From Glaucostegus cemiculus (Eukaryota), in NCBI GenBank assembly GCA_976551045.1, contig CDPCPM010000323.1, forward strand, positions 6,014,001 to 6,078,000: a DNA stretch of 64,000 bases, in the 5' to 3' direction. The position numbers and the translations under genes are program-made. Positions within the stretch are counted from its first letter, which is position 1. The number at the start of each line of letters is the position of its first letter. This document shows, one piece after another, positions 23,561-37,270 of this stretch. Under the pieces are notes generated by a model that saw only the letters and a list, made by a program, of their open reading frames with translations, ran no database searches and was not told the DNA's origin.

Positions 23561-25857
23561 TACTAAAAGGCACTCAAAGCAAATGGTTCATTTAAGCCAA
23601 CAACACAGACCAACAACTGCTGCACACCCATTCAGTAAAGTGGGTGGGAGTGGTATGAGCAATTTGATAGAGACACATCCAGAGGCAACATACGAAGCTA
23701 ACATCATATTGTAAGTTGGTTTTGGAGCAACATTTTGGTTCCATCTGTTAAATGTTATGATGTCAGATAGTTAATTACAGTGTGTCACCACACTAAATAA
23801 ATTTACTGTTTGGTTGACCAGTATGAAAATTCATGTATGTCAGCCTTTGTTTGAACTGAGAAGTGTGACATGGACTTAAATCTGCTTTTGGTTCCTAAGC
23901 ACATGTGTTACTTCTGTAAGGTTACACCACTCTGAAAGTCAACTCGACAAGTGAGATGCAGAACACATGCTCTATGTACTTTGATGCTTCCAATTAGACA
24001 TCATTGTTCTGGAATGCAGAGCTGGCCAGCCCATGGTTCCTTCATATTGCAGACTTCTGCCCACCGTAACGTGAGTATAGAACAGGCTGGCAGTCAGGTG
24101 CAGGCACAGCCTATCTCACTATACACACATGGACTCACCGCTGTTTCTGAACCTTCAGCTTTCCACCAGACAGAGCTCTTGCCAACCTTAATCAAAAAGT
24201 TACATTTAACTAAGCTTTCTTTATTTTTCTGTGTAATTTCAATTAATTAGTGGCAGTTAAATATGTTTTTAAATAAACATATTTTTCATTTCATTTATTT
24301 AAATCATGTATTTTTAAATGCCTTTGGTTATAACAGACATCATAAGCTGTGGAAAGTTATCAGGGTGGTGTTGGGGATGAGGACTTAAGATGCACAGAAC
24401 AGATGCCTGGTCACCAGTTGTGGTCACTTCCACTCATGGGATGGTCACAGAACTAATGTTACAAGCTTGCTGGGGGCCACACCACCGCAAAAGGTTCATA
24501 TGGGGCTAGCATAGAGTGTGGAGTGAGCATTTGGTTAGAAGGAGAAGTTGAAGCCAAATATCCACCAAAGTCTGAGTTATTGCCATTGGTATCTTCCTCT
24601 CCCCGATGAATCACATCAGACATGTTCTCATACATGTAGTTCACAGGCATCTGAAGAGATCTACGCACACAGGAGATTATCTTCTCACATGATGCTCTGG
24701 AGGATATGTACTTCTAGACAGCATCAAGCCAGAAGAAGCACAAGGCTCCCACCATGCCCTGTCAATCTCACAGATGTTCACAGGCACGAAAACATCATTG
24801 CTGAAGGACAGAAGAGGGAGGAAAAGCCCATGTATAAGAACACATGGGAGGAACAAAGTCAACATTTGTTAGGAACGAATTCAAGAGGCAACCTTGAAAG
24901 GCAAAGTCTTAATGAAAAGCCTAAGAACACAGATCTCACCTAATCCTTTTGTTACTTTGAAATTTTCTGGTCTGGACAATAGAATTTATTGAAAGTACTC
25001 CATAAGGCATGGCCTTGTTTTGGAATGAGTAATTCTGTGAGCTTTCATGGCACCAGAGTCACAAATGAACTACTTGACACATTAATTTTCATGGTCACAC
25101 ATTAATTTGTGCTGCAAAATAACAACAAATTTCACGACATATGTCAGTGATAATAAACTTGATTCTGAAATATGTTCAGCCAGTGTGTGCTTCCTGTTTT
25201 GGAATAATCCCTTGTTTATGGCCTGCCTTCTTATATCACAAAATCCAGCAACTTTGGTGATTTTAGATATCCTGACAGCTGCACTATCAGACCCCACACG
25301 TCTTCCCATACTTCCAGATTTGAGATGGAATACGAAACATTGATTCAAAATGCAAATAATGTGGTCTAAATTATCCCAGCAGTGGCAAGAACCTTGGATC
25401 CAATATCAGTTTGTAAGGTTCTAGTGCTGTTTATTTTACATTTAAGTTACACCATCTATTTGACTGACAAGTGAAAACAAATTAAGAACTTAATTGCTAA
25501 AAAGCTATCAACCTTTCCCCCGTTGCTTATTTAACCATCTTTTGAGGGGTTGCTAGCAATTCCTTTGATCCCATGTTTCATCCTCCATTACATTTGGGAT
25601 AAGGGTAGATTTAGGAGAACTTTTCCATGTTAAGTTCTGGTCAGGATCAAGTTTTGGTTGCAGTCTACCGTTCCAGAGTCCACCATTCCCAGTGCCTCTG
25701 GCTCCATCAGTGCTGTCACTCATTTTGTATGGTGCATTCTTCTTCTTGCATGATCATCTTTCCAAAATTCCAGATGAAACTCTTGTAATGGTTCAAATAG
25801 CTGCTATCCTTTCCTCCTCTGTCAGCTGAATTCTATCCAATTCTCACTCTATATTTT

Positions 25858-25925
25858 CCTGAAATAAAAGTAGGAATTTCTGGAAATGGTCAGCAGTTCA
25901 GGTAGAGAAACGGAGTTAATGATTC
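25858..25925 (-). mobile_element. Older PLE terminal-unit fragment (Penelope1_Vert-like)
   Basis: ctgaaataaaagtaggaatttctggaaat..tcagcag...agagaaacggagttaat. Confidence 0.5.
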
Positions 25926-27194
25926 TAGCTAGTGGTCTGGCCAAACTATTCTCCTGAGTTGGTCTCCTTCCATTTTGTTGTTTACTTTTTGATATTTCCC
26001 TTTAACTTTAAACTTTAACCAGCTACTTAAACCATTTTACACTGCACAACAAGCAGCAACAAGGTCACATATCAATGTACCCTTAGACTAAGGGGTGCTT
26101 GTCTTGATTTATGAACTGCAGCAGATACAGGAGAGAACTTGTTATAAGAGGGCACAACTCCCTGCAGATTATAATGATCTATAAGAGATGGTATTCTATC
26201 TACTGTAACCCTGTAGCTAACCCCAAGAAGGATGAATAATCTAATTAAAATGGGAAATATAATCAGGGAAAATAGTGGGCTACACAATCACCTGCTACTC
26301 TTTCTGTAAATTTACAACCAAGTCACAAGAATGATCTTCCCATAACTTCATACATAACTCTCAACTAGCATTTCACCACAATAGCAGAATGTGACTCATT
26401 TTATTTACTAATTTTGAATGTCAACAGAAGTTGACAAATCCCCAATCTTGACAGCTAAACAGCAAATAAACCATCCTCTGCCATTACACCACATGATTCA
26501 AATTGATCATTAAAACAGGTGAATTAATCAATAAAATAGTCAACAGCTGATTCGTTAGTCTACAATGCCTTCATATAGATGAGGTCAGTAAGTATAATTA
26601 ATTATTGATCTAGAAGCTAAAGTCATAGTTAATTTGCTGTTCTCTGCTGTTATGAAGTCACTTGCCACAACCCAAGTCCAGTGTTCCCATCTACAGTAAA
26701 ACTATTCAATAGTTAGTTGGAACCAGACTTTACAATTAGAATGAGATTACTTTGGACAGAATGTTAATTCCTGAACAGCTGAGAGTCCAACATCCTGAAT
26801 TACATTGCCCTGATATCTGTCACAGAACCTCATGTTTACAGTTGAAGCTGGCTGCCATCAGTAATGACTTATTGTCTATGGAAATATCAATGCTATTGTC
26901 TGTCCAGATTCATCTGTCCAAATGGATAGAGTGCAGTGAAACCAGTGTTCAGACGAGCAAGACATAGCAAGGAAGGAGAGCTCTTCATCTGCAAACATGC
27001 AGAGGGACTTTTTGACTTTCCTATATTGAATCATCTACCAATTTAAAAGGGATCGTCGGCTGAGATTTAACAGTAACCAAATAAAACCATTTGATTTCCT
27101 TACAAAGTAAAATGGCATTGCCTACAACCATGCACAGCAGAACTTCATGGGCTACCTTGTGTCATCTCATTCTTGCTTTTCACAAGTACTAAAG

Positions 27195-27305
27195 TTAAGA
27201 AATGCTGGAGACATTGAGTGAATCAGACAGCATCTATAGATGCTGTGGGAGTGGGATGGAGAATTAGAGTGGTAGGCAACTGGAAGCTCTGACTCACCCC
27301 TGCAG
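27195..27305 (-). mobile_element. PLE fragments (terminal unit and GIY-YIG piece)
   Basis: aaatgctggagaca..gagt..atcagacagcatct and ggcaactggaagctc (ELPVA on the minus strand). Confidence 0.5.
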
Positions 27306-29380
27306 TCAGTAGCTCAAAGTCTTATTCAATTGTGTGACTAATACTGTGATGATATTGAGTGTATTTGTTCTAGAGTCCTAAACTTAAACCAAGAGCTTAA
27401 GTCTTATAGTTATAGGTGTCTATCAGTACCCTCATTTTAGGGAGATTATGCTTTATCAACCTATAATGCAAAGACTAAATTACTTAACTACTTTAGTCTC
27501 TTTTATGAAAGGGTTTAGCTGTCAATAATCACTACTTCAAGTGGTGGGTCCCCTCTCCGGACCGAGGAGGAGATACTTCCAGCTAGTGAAGCAGATTAAA
27601 CACAGTTATCTTATTTTAAATGGAGCACATTTATTTTGAGGGGTAGTTCTAACAGAGATTATAATTCAGAAAGGATTTCCAAACCCAAGTACAATTCTTA
27701 CAAACTAGAAAACCATGCCAATGAGTTGCAGATGAACATGTCATCCGTCACAAAAAGAAGACTCTGGGAAGAGATCCTTCTCGGGTCGGGGCTGAGGAGT
27801 GGACTCAATGTCTTCATCTCTGTAATTGCTCCCCACCCTTACTGCCTTCTAACATTTATATTGTTTTTTTGCCAATCATCTAGTGATGTCCTCATCTGCA
27901 TGTGATTTTTTTTCACAACTGCATTGATCAGGTCAGATGGCAAGAGCCTCAGGTTAACCGAGACAATGCTGTTCCTTCTGATTAGGTTGCAGTCTCAGTT
28001 AAGTCAACAATATGCCTTCTGAGCTTGGACAGTATTGTTTCTCAAAAGGATGGCTAAATAGTACTCATTAAAAATTAACAATAAACATCTTGAACCTTGG
28101 ACAATTTCCTCTACTGTACTGAAAAGCTGAGTTTGGCAAAAAGCCTCCTGACCCTGAATGCTGACCAGGTAGGCCATTTTGGGCTGTAGAAATGCTGCCT
28201 GGTTCTAGTTCAGCTACATACGGTGCTTCTGCAACCTGCTGAGTATCTTCAAGTGCTCCTGCTCAGTGTCTGAGGTGATGAAGCTATCATCCAGATTACA
28301 TAGAACCTAGGGAGCCTTTGCAGCATTATCACTGACTGAATTAACCCCATATCATAGCTTGATCCAGGGATACAACCCTGTGAACATGCTAATCATCAGG
28401 TTCTAACTTCCTGAGCCCACATTCAGTTGCACAGAGACACAGGACAGGTGAGTCATCAATTCCATGAATAGATCTTGGGACGTGAGAAATGGATCCTGCT
28501 CATCATCAATGGTTCTGTTCTCGGTAAGTTTGTAGTCCCCATTTCATCAGACTGTTGATTCTATCTTTGGGCCCACCACCTACACAGATGCTACTCACTG
28601 TGTTAGACCTTTACCACCACTTTCAGTTCTAATTTATGCTGATCCTCCTCTTCCTGCACCTAAGGCCACAGGGAGCGTGTCACCACTGACAGTAAATGGT
28701 CTTAACTCCTGGACAAATGCAAATGTGATCTGTGTGCCCAAGACAGCTGCTGGAAGGTGATAAGCAGAAACACAAAGGCTGCCAGTGCTGGAATCTGTTT
28801 AGTAACTCGTATTTGGTACAAGTATCTGGTACAGTACTGTTTTAAGGTGATACCACATACCACATAGATATGCTTACACTTTCATGTACACAGAAGGCAT
28901 TGTGACTTCTGGGTGGATTGCAGGGATTCACCTGCATGTGGCAATTACACAAACTCGAAGTTGAAAGAGCAGAATCCCTTTTGGTTTGGTTTATTGAAGA
29001 GCTGGCAGAGTGGTCTTTGAACCATGCAGGTATAGTCAAAGGTGCCTGCATCATGGGGAGGTTTGCAACAGGAACAAAGCCTCACACTTGCTACTCCCAC
29101 TTACCTCAGACAAGATGGAATGAAACACTGTCAGCTCTCCTCATTTAGAGAGCCTCAGTGACCTCCTTCGTTCAACAGGGCTAAAACAGTGAGGTGTGGC
29201 AATTATCTCCAGTATTAGCCTGGAAGGAGCCCAACATCTAATTCCAAGGCACCAACATGTTCTCTCCGATCTTGTAATTGTGGTTGCAACAGTTGATAGA
29301 CTTCATTAAGCATCTTCTAATTAAAGTGTCCAGGTCTCATGTGCCATTCCTGGCTGTGGAGAGAAGAATCATTCCCCAGA

Positions 29381-29685
29381 CATCATAGAAACATAGAATC
29401 ATTGGACAGCATGTAAACAGACCATTCAGTCCAGCTTATCCATGCCAACCAGTGGACAACATTCTGCATTAACCCGATGGCTCATACCCCTCTATGCCAA
29501 GGTGATTTAAATGCTCATCTGGACACTTCTTAAACGCTGTCAGTGACCAGCTTCAACCATTCTCTCAGGCAGTGCAGTCCAGGTACTCACCACTCTCTGG
29601 GTGAAGAAGGTCCCCCTCATATTCCCAATGAATCTTTTCTTCGGTAACCTAAACCCATGTCCTCTAGTTTTATTTACCCCTGATT
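29381..29685 (-). mobile_element. CR1 LINE 3' end
   Basis: KTRGHGFRL...GTFFTQRVVSTWTALPERMVEAG plus the tail. Confidence 0.9.
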
Positions 29686-30321
29686 TCGGCCTCTGGGGGG
29701 GAATTGGCTTCCTGATAAGACTGCTTCTCGCGCTCCTCCCCTCTATTCCCACAGCACAACTGTTATCCATGCCTTCTTCCCTTCTCATTCTCCCAGGGAT
29801 ACTGATTCCCATGGTAATGCCCTACTCATGTCTGGGAACACCTGGTTAGTGGAGAGGTTTTGGTTTGTCCTTCTGAATCTGCCTCGCTACTCCCAGCCAG
29901 GGAAATGTAGGAACTGAAGAAGTCAACCAGCAACCAATTGGTAGGTTATAGATGGTCCCTTTAAATAGTGGTGCCGGTAATACTTCATAATATTTAATGC
30001 ATATTCAATTTGTGGGAGACTAAGGTTGGAAGACAAATAGAACACGAAACTTCAAAAACAGCAGTGCTGGGAACAAATCACTGGTGTGTGCTGAGTGACA
30101 TTGTGATCTAACTGCTCTGCAGACATTGGCCCGATGTTTAATAACGCTTCACTAAGATGGTGGATGGCTCAGCTGAATCCAGTTTTGCACCTGTCTCCCA
30201 CCACAGCTTGAACATTTCCTTCTCTTTTGAACAAGTTAATGTGCCATCCATTTTTCATTTCAGAACAGGAAACAAGTAAGAGCTTGTGATGTGATAGATA
30301 ACCTGCTTTTCACCTCTGAAA

Positions 30322-30483
30322 NNNNNNNNNNNNNNNNNNNNNNNNNNNNNNNNNNNNNNNNNNNNNNNNNNNNNNNNNNNNNNNNNNNNNNNNNNNNNNN
30401 NNNNNNNNNNNNNNNNNNNNNNNNNNNNNNNNNNNNNNNNNNNNNNNNNNNNNNNNNNNNNNNNNNNNNNNNNNNNNNNNNNN
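30322..30483. other. Assembly gap (162 N)
   Basis: Run of n. Confidence 1.
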
Positions 30484-30814
30484 TTTCCTTAGCTATTGTA
30501 TCAATAACACATTTGTCTCTTCTTTATTCGAGTCTTCAACTATAACATCCTACTTGTTTCTCATTCTCCCCATTTTTACTCTCAAATGGAAGTAAAACAC
30601 AAAATGTTCCCCTGTTTCAAATTACTTTCTCAGAACCTGAAGCACTCAAAATTTTCCAACTCATTATATTTCCATTAAGTAACCCATTTCCCTACATTGT
30701 TATGCATTTTAAATTATGTGAAAATTAAACAATATTACAATATTGAACACTGTATAAGTTTTGATCATTACAGGAAATCTATGAATGCATGGGGGAGGGG
30801 CAGAGGAGTTCTCT

Positions 30815-31532
30815 AAGGATGCTTCAAGGACTGGAAAATATTAGCTGTAAGGAATGACTAGATAAGATCAGCTTTTCTTTGGAATAGAGGAGCTTATGGG
30901 GAAACTTAACCCAACTGTATAAAGATTATAAGATAAGATAAGGTTTCTTTATTAGTCACATGTATATCAAAACACACAGTGAAATGCATCTTTACATGGA
31001 ATGTTCTGGGGACAGCCCGCAGGTGTCACCACACTTCCAGGGCCAAGATAGCATGCTCACAACTTCCTAACCCATACGTCTTTGGAATGTGAGAAGAAAC
31101 CGGAGGAAACCCACACAGACACAGGGAGAACATGTGAACTCCTTACAGACAGTGGCCGGAATTGAACCCAGGTTGCTGGTGCTGTAATAGTGTTATGCTA
31201 ACCGCTACACTAACCGTGCCTGCTTAAGATTAGGAAGGGCCAGATTGGCAGGACCTGTTTCCATTAATGGAGGGGTCAAAAAATAGAGGCCAGAGATTTA
31301 AAGTCACAGGTAAAGATGTTCCTTGTAGTCAGAGGATGGTGGAACCTACTGCCTGAAAGTGTGTAGAGCTAGAAACCCTGAACATGTTTAAACAACACTC
31401 GGATGTACAGACCGAGATCTATAACCTGAGGGCTATTAATCAGAAAGTGAGGTTAGTCTAGGTAGCTCTTTCTCAGATAGCACAGAGACAATGGACCAAA
31501 AGGCCTCCTGTGTCATAAATGCTTGATGACTC
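30815..31532 (+). mobile_element. CR1 3' end interrupted by a SINE
   Basis: The CR1 C-terminal sequence runs to 30928 and resumes at 31226, continuing to the tail (atggaccaaaaggcctcc). Confidence 0.8.
30929..31225 (-). mobile_element. Full-length V-SINE with Rex1-type (TCTTA)n tail
   Basis: Homologous to 8207-8500. Flanked by AAGATTA at 30922-30928 and 31226-31232. Confidence 0.9.
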
Positions 31533-34500
31533 TGCGATTGCTATTATTCTCCCCTACAATCTTTTGTCCTTCGCTTTGTAGTACCAATAACCCAACACAA
31601 GAACAAGCCAGTTACTTATTAGCCCAATATCATCAAAATAAAGCTGGCACCATCACTGTTGTAGAGGTGGACAAAGATTCCATTTCTGAGGCAGTAACAT
31701 GCAGCAGTGATTGGGTGGGGGAGACTACCAACATGAGGGAGTTAAATATGTTCTTAACCACAGCAGAGGTTGAATCACATGGAATTTCCTTTGCACGTAA
31801 CACACGATCTGCAAGTTTTTCAGGGCTGGCTTTGATTACCTGAATGCCAGGAAATATCTAGAGTGGTTTTCTCTGCATTTTTTTCTCTAGATTTTTGCTT
31901 GTCTCAGGATATGGCTGACAAAGGAAGTTGCAGTGTGAGGGAATGGGAGAGTCAGTCTGTGAGGGAGATAAGGAAGGAGTGGCAGGTGAGGGTTTACTGA
32001 TAATCATCAGTAGGTGTGGATCACATCACATCTTCCTGTCCATGAAGTTTGTATGGTCACATTAGAAGGGTTCACAGCTGTTGAAGCTACAGTTCTTTCT
32101 GTTGCAAAGAAAAGCAAGATTCTCATTCCCATTGTTCTGCTTTTGGGTCAAACACAGGTGCATTGATAAGACTTTCCATTCTTGATTTTTTCTGATGAAT
32201 AACATCACCAATCCAGTCATTCAAAAATCATTGTTTAAAGTGGCATTACTCCAAGGAAACATGTCCAGAAATTATTTTGATTTATTATGGTCCAGGTTTC
32301 CCCTGCCCCAATCACTGCCCACGTTTCCTGTTCCTGCAAACTTCCCATTGCCTGCTCACTGGCTCAACGAGCAGCAAAACCTCGACCAAGGTCATGGAGA
32401 GATGTGGGTGATGGGACAACCCATAACATTTCTCTGGAACCCTTTGACAGATGGCAAGTTCTTACCCGCACATGTGTCTTCTGTCAATATTGACAGGCTC
32501 CTTTAATGTCTGAAAACCTAACAAAAATTAAAGAAGTAAAAGATGTTTGCAAAATAATATCAACTAAAATATTGTAAACAATAAAAATATTAAGCAAACA
32601 GAAATACTTTCTTTAGAAAATGAAAGCTTATTCCTTGCACCATTGCACTCCCCAGTTAAATGAACAGACTCACAAAATCTGTACTCAGTGTAACTGTTGG
32701 GATCCTACTCTGCCGTTGAATTCCACATGGAGCACATCTGGGAAACACTGTAGGGAATGCCGGCAAAATCCCGTGAAATCCGAGCCTATGAAGTTTTAAG
32801 CCTAAAAGTTAGATTAGAAAAAGATGCTCATGCCTGTTCCTTACATGTATATCACTCATTTAAAGTGTTTTGCACACGTTTTGAAGCATTCGTGTCCAAC
32901 TATTAAAAATTAAACCAGGCATTTCCTATCAAATCTTGTCACTTCCCCCGCCTATTTTGTGTACAGGATGACATCATCAATGTACGTAATATTGACTTTC
33001 CGACAGAAATTGGATCAGAAGATCGCAACCTACATTCCTATTCAAGAAAACAAGTACATCATACAGCAAGTGGGAATCATATGTGAATTAAAGGATTCAC
33101 ACAGGGATATTGATTTCATTTTCACTGACAGCCCCCCAATGCTTTACAAGTTCAGCCCTTTTGCAAAGGGGCAATACTGACAATCTTTGCATTAGATTGC
33201 GTCTGAACATCACATTGGCAGTGACCCAATCATAGCGCAGGGTCCAATCATGTTGTGGGGTCTGACTGGGTCACTCTATGTCATAGGAGTCCCAATTACC
33301 TAACACTATACAATTTAACCTTTCACCCAGCTTGATGCCTGCTCACTCTGTTTTCTAACCTCTCCACCTCCACCTCAGCCTCTTTCCCCTCAAATCCATT
33401 AAGAGTGCTGCAGAGAATTGAATATAACAGCACTCATTCACTTCCCGGCATGCAGTGTATGAATGTGATGGCAGCTGGAAGATCAGGCAGCAGCTGCTGT
33501 CTGTGAACATGCAGATCAGCTTCTAACACTTTCAAATGGGAGAAACCAACAACAGCAATTTCTTAAAGCAAGGATGCCTCACATTCAATTTTGTTTTGTT
33601 GCCATCCCATTAGGTAATAAGACAAGCAGCAGTGCATGTTTAGTGCAGCAAAAATGCTTGCAATCTACTTTCTAAACTTTCACTGGGGTTTGATTACTAA
33701 TTGTTAATGCAAAAATTTTGCATTTTCCCCAGAATTTCAGAGCACTTGGTCACAGGCTGATCACTGGCAACAAACAGGTAAAAATTCCAGCGTCGTGTAT
33801 TGTATATGATCATTGAACAATCTTTACTCTAAACTTCACTGGATGTCCCCCCTCCAAAAAAAAAGAATCCATTAATTAATAGAGCATTGCTCTAAATCTT
33901 AATCGCTGAGAAAAATACATTGGCCTTTATTTTTTCTTCTCAATCACTAACGTTCTCTCCAGTTTTCAAAAGGCTTAGCTTGAATCTTATATCTTTCTCA
34001 CTGGTTCCTTGATAAAATGTAACCACTCAGTTATTTTCCCTGTCTCCTGTCTATTATTGTTTATCCTTTCCCTTTCATACCCTTTACTACAAAGGTACCC
34101 TTCTACCAAAGGTGAATTTACCAGCATCAGTGAAATTAATATTAATAATTATACTTTGTACTTCTCAAAATAAAACAGAATTCAAAGTAGTGTTAGAAAA
34201 TGAATAGTGAAAAGAACATTTTACAAGTCTTAATATTAAACATAACCTACATTTTCAACAAAAAGATGACATGATTACACTATAACTCATTGGTAAAGTA
34301 TATACACGTAGGGCCTATGTATAACACTGACATTGAGAGCCACATAAAAGCTGTTTGGAATAGATAGCATGCTACAGAGAGTTTTTGTACAGTTTTAATG
34401 AGAGAGTCATAAACAATATCTATCAAACTGTTTCTGTGAGGAGATGCTGTACTGAATAATTTGTTACTTGGGGACCGTGTGGCATGCTACATTGGAGGAC

Positions 34501-36539
34501 TGTTCTAAAAAAACACTGCGCTTTCACCTTCTGCAATCCAAGTTTGAATCTGATCCAGACAGAGATGATGAGGGTCTCTGCTTTCTGACAGTTGTCAGGT
34601 ATCACATGTAAAATGAGTCTGGGCAGTCTCAGTCTTGTTCCCAGAGGAAAAGCGTCCAAAGCATAAAATTACCATGAATTTGCACTAATTGGCAGAAATT
34701 CAGCAACAACTCCGTGAGATGCAGTAGAAAAGATAATATGGTAGATAGGAGTGTCATGCTAGTGCAGCAGGATGCCTCTGGCAGGGTGGGGGTTCAGGTG
34801 TATTGTAAGGGCACTATAGGGGTTCCTGGGATTACAACAAATCTTTGCTACATCTGACACATGCACACTTAATATTGCTGCTAAAGTTAGAATGTTCCTT
34901 TTCACCTTCATTATTCGTCATCTTGGAAAGCATTAACCTCTAAAGGTTCTCCTAAGTTTTTAAATCATTTGCTAAATAACATTACTAAATGTTGAATGAT
35001 TATATTTGTTAACCAATGGAACAACTAACATTTTATAATTTATTTTGCAATCATTCAAAGAGATACTGCACAGTGTTACAAGTAAGTTAAAGTCATTTAA
35101 CTGTGTACACTTTTACAAAATATTTGACCTCCAGAGATTACTTAAAGAAGGCATATGATGAAAGAATTGCAGTGCACAATATTTTGTTCCTAAGTGCAGC
35201 AGGTATCCTTATTTTTATTGTTGGAAAAGTGAGAACTGGATGTGTTTCACTTTCCAGTCTGAATTTAAATATTTGTTGAAGATGGGAGAACTTAATTATC
35301 TAAGGTGCAAAAAGTGCTTCCCAACACAGTCACTGTATGAGAAGGCCCTAATGACCAGCGAGACCTTAATTAATATCGCAGGCACTAGTGTGGCACAGTT
35401 CGTTCAGCGTGATTGCAACTTTAATCACCAAGGTTGCATGTCAGCTAGAATTATAATGGCAGTTGTAGCAGAGCTAATCTTTCTTCATCACATTTGTGTG
35501 AACAGGAGTCGTTGAGGTGTGACCAATAATTAATCATCTGCTCTCAGCCCCATGACCAGGTCTCCTTTCCTTTAGAAATCTGCTGCATTATTTGATTATA
35601 ATAGCATTTATTTTTTAAAAAATAACCAGGTATTTTGGCTATGGATCAAGGAGTCAGAATTTCTTTGAAGATGCATATGGAGTTCTGTACATTGCTGCTT
35701 CAAGCTCATTGCTTAAAGTAACCAACTGCCAAGCAGCCAGCGGAAGGACTGCAGTAAATATTTACTTGGTTTAATGACGTTTCCCTTGCAAACAAAATTC
35801 CCACCTCAGGAGGTTTCAGTTTTGTTCTGAATTTTCATTTTTCTTGGCTTTTAACTGCCAGCGTCTGCTTACTAATAGCCAAAATCGCTCCATGCATTAA
35901 ATGATAGTTAGCTGGCAGATTACTGTATTTGGGTGGAACTGTAGGTGAAATCAGTGTGAATTTATTTTGATCAAATTTGCCTAGATTATTAATAGTGCAA
36001 AATCAAATTAAATTAATCTGTATTTAGTTTCAAATTTTATCTAAACATGCTGGATGAATTTTTCATGCTCATTACCAACAATGTTTGAAGTCTAGCATCT
36101 GCTCCGTGAAGGCATCAATGAATACAACAATTCATATAAACCAACTGCTACAACAGTGTGGCTGGTTGCAGTTTCCCAGAATTTATTACTGATTCCACAA
36201 CAAATTATCAAGCCTTTCTATTTTTTTTTGTCCAACAACTATTCCAAAACAATTTTTGCTCAGCCACAGATGTGACAGGGTAACGGTTCTCAATCACCAC
36301 GCGAGCACCCTTTCCTGCCCACTCCACCAACTTGTGCACATTGACGAGGGGCAGCAGCTGTTCTTTTTCCTTCTTCCTTCCCATTCTTTAGACTCCAAGA
36401 CCCTTTCAAAGAGTCACAACAATTCTCCAGTGCTTTGTTTAATTTAGCACCCTGTATTCTTTGCAAGCAAAACAACTTCCTTTACGCTAAGGAGATTAAG
36501 TTTCTCAGGCATTTGGGGCAAGAAGAATAAAAGGAGCAT

Positions 36540-36625
36540 AGACTTGTAATGTTAAATCTGTTTTACTCTCCACAGATGCTGCCTGACCTGCAGAGTGTTT
36601 TCTGCACTTCTTGTTTTACTTCAGG
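36540..36625 (+). mobile_element. Older PLE terminal-unit fragment
   Basis: gttaaatctgttttactctccacagatgctgcctgacctgc. Confidence 0.65.
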
Positions 36626-36789
36626 AGAACGAACTTGATACTTTGAGACACATAAAATAAAAGGGTATAGAGTGGGTAAAATCCCAGGTTAATATTGATT
36701 GCAGCCACACAATATAAGCAAGGAGTTTGGAAAGAGATGACAGAAGTAATATATATAAAAGTTTAGGAAAAGTAATAGTAGTTGTAAAA

Positions 36790-37270
36790 TGCCAGGTAAC
36801 CAATGTGATCCCAGCATATGAAATGTGTAATAGAACAAATGTAACATGCCTGATTGTAAAACATAGAAAATCTGATAAGATAATAAGGAATAGTCAGTAA
36901 AGATTTCAGAACAGGTCATATTTTATGAAGTTGATCTAATATGCTTGGATTTTCAAATGACCTTTGATGTGATGGTAGATTCATGAATAAGATCAGATCA
37001 TCAGGAGTCAGGAGACGAGAGCAGAATGCACAGCACAGTAAGGTGGTACCAAAACTGAATGAGGGTAGGGTGAAAGCTGTAGGCTAATGGTGAGCAATGA
37101 AGCTTTGGAAGGATCACAGTTAAGATCCCCATTGTTCACCATATTGACACACAATATGAATTCCAGTATCGGTATTGCCAATTCCAAATTTGAGGATGTC
37201 ACATTGAAATAATATAGCAAAGATCTTCAACATAGCTCAGGAAAATGGACAGGAATTTGTCATTGTAATG
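36790..37270 (+). mobile_element. Ancient CR1 RT fragment
   Basis: LDFQMTFD, GSQLRSPLFTI and SKFEDVT correspond to the decayed LDFQKAFD / GSVLGPLLF / SKFADDT motifs. Confidence 0.6.

Noticed and set aside
28427-28530. Two strong plus-strand donors (CAG|gtgagt at 28447, TCG|gtaagt at 28523)
   Set aside because: No convincing acceptor or coding frame links to them.
30291-30545. 84-aa ORF
   Set aside because: It is open only because it spans the N gap.
33224-33253. Twin CCAATCAT boxes as a promoter
   Set aside because: There is no CpG island or other core promoter support, and the spacing of about 17 bp is short for paired NF-Y binding.
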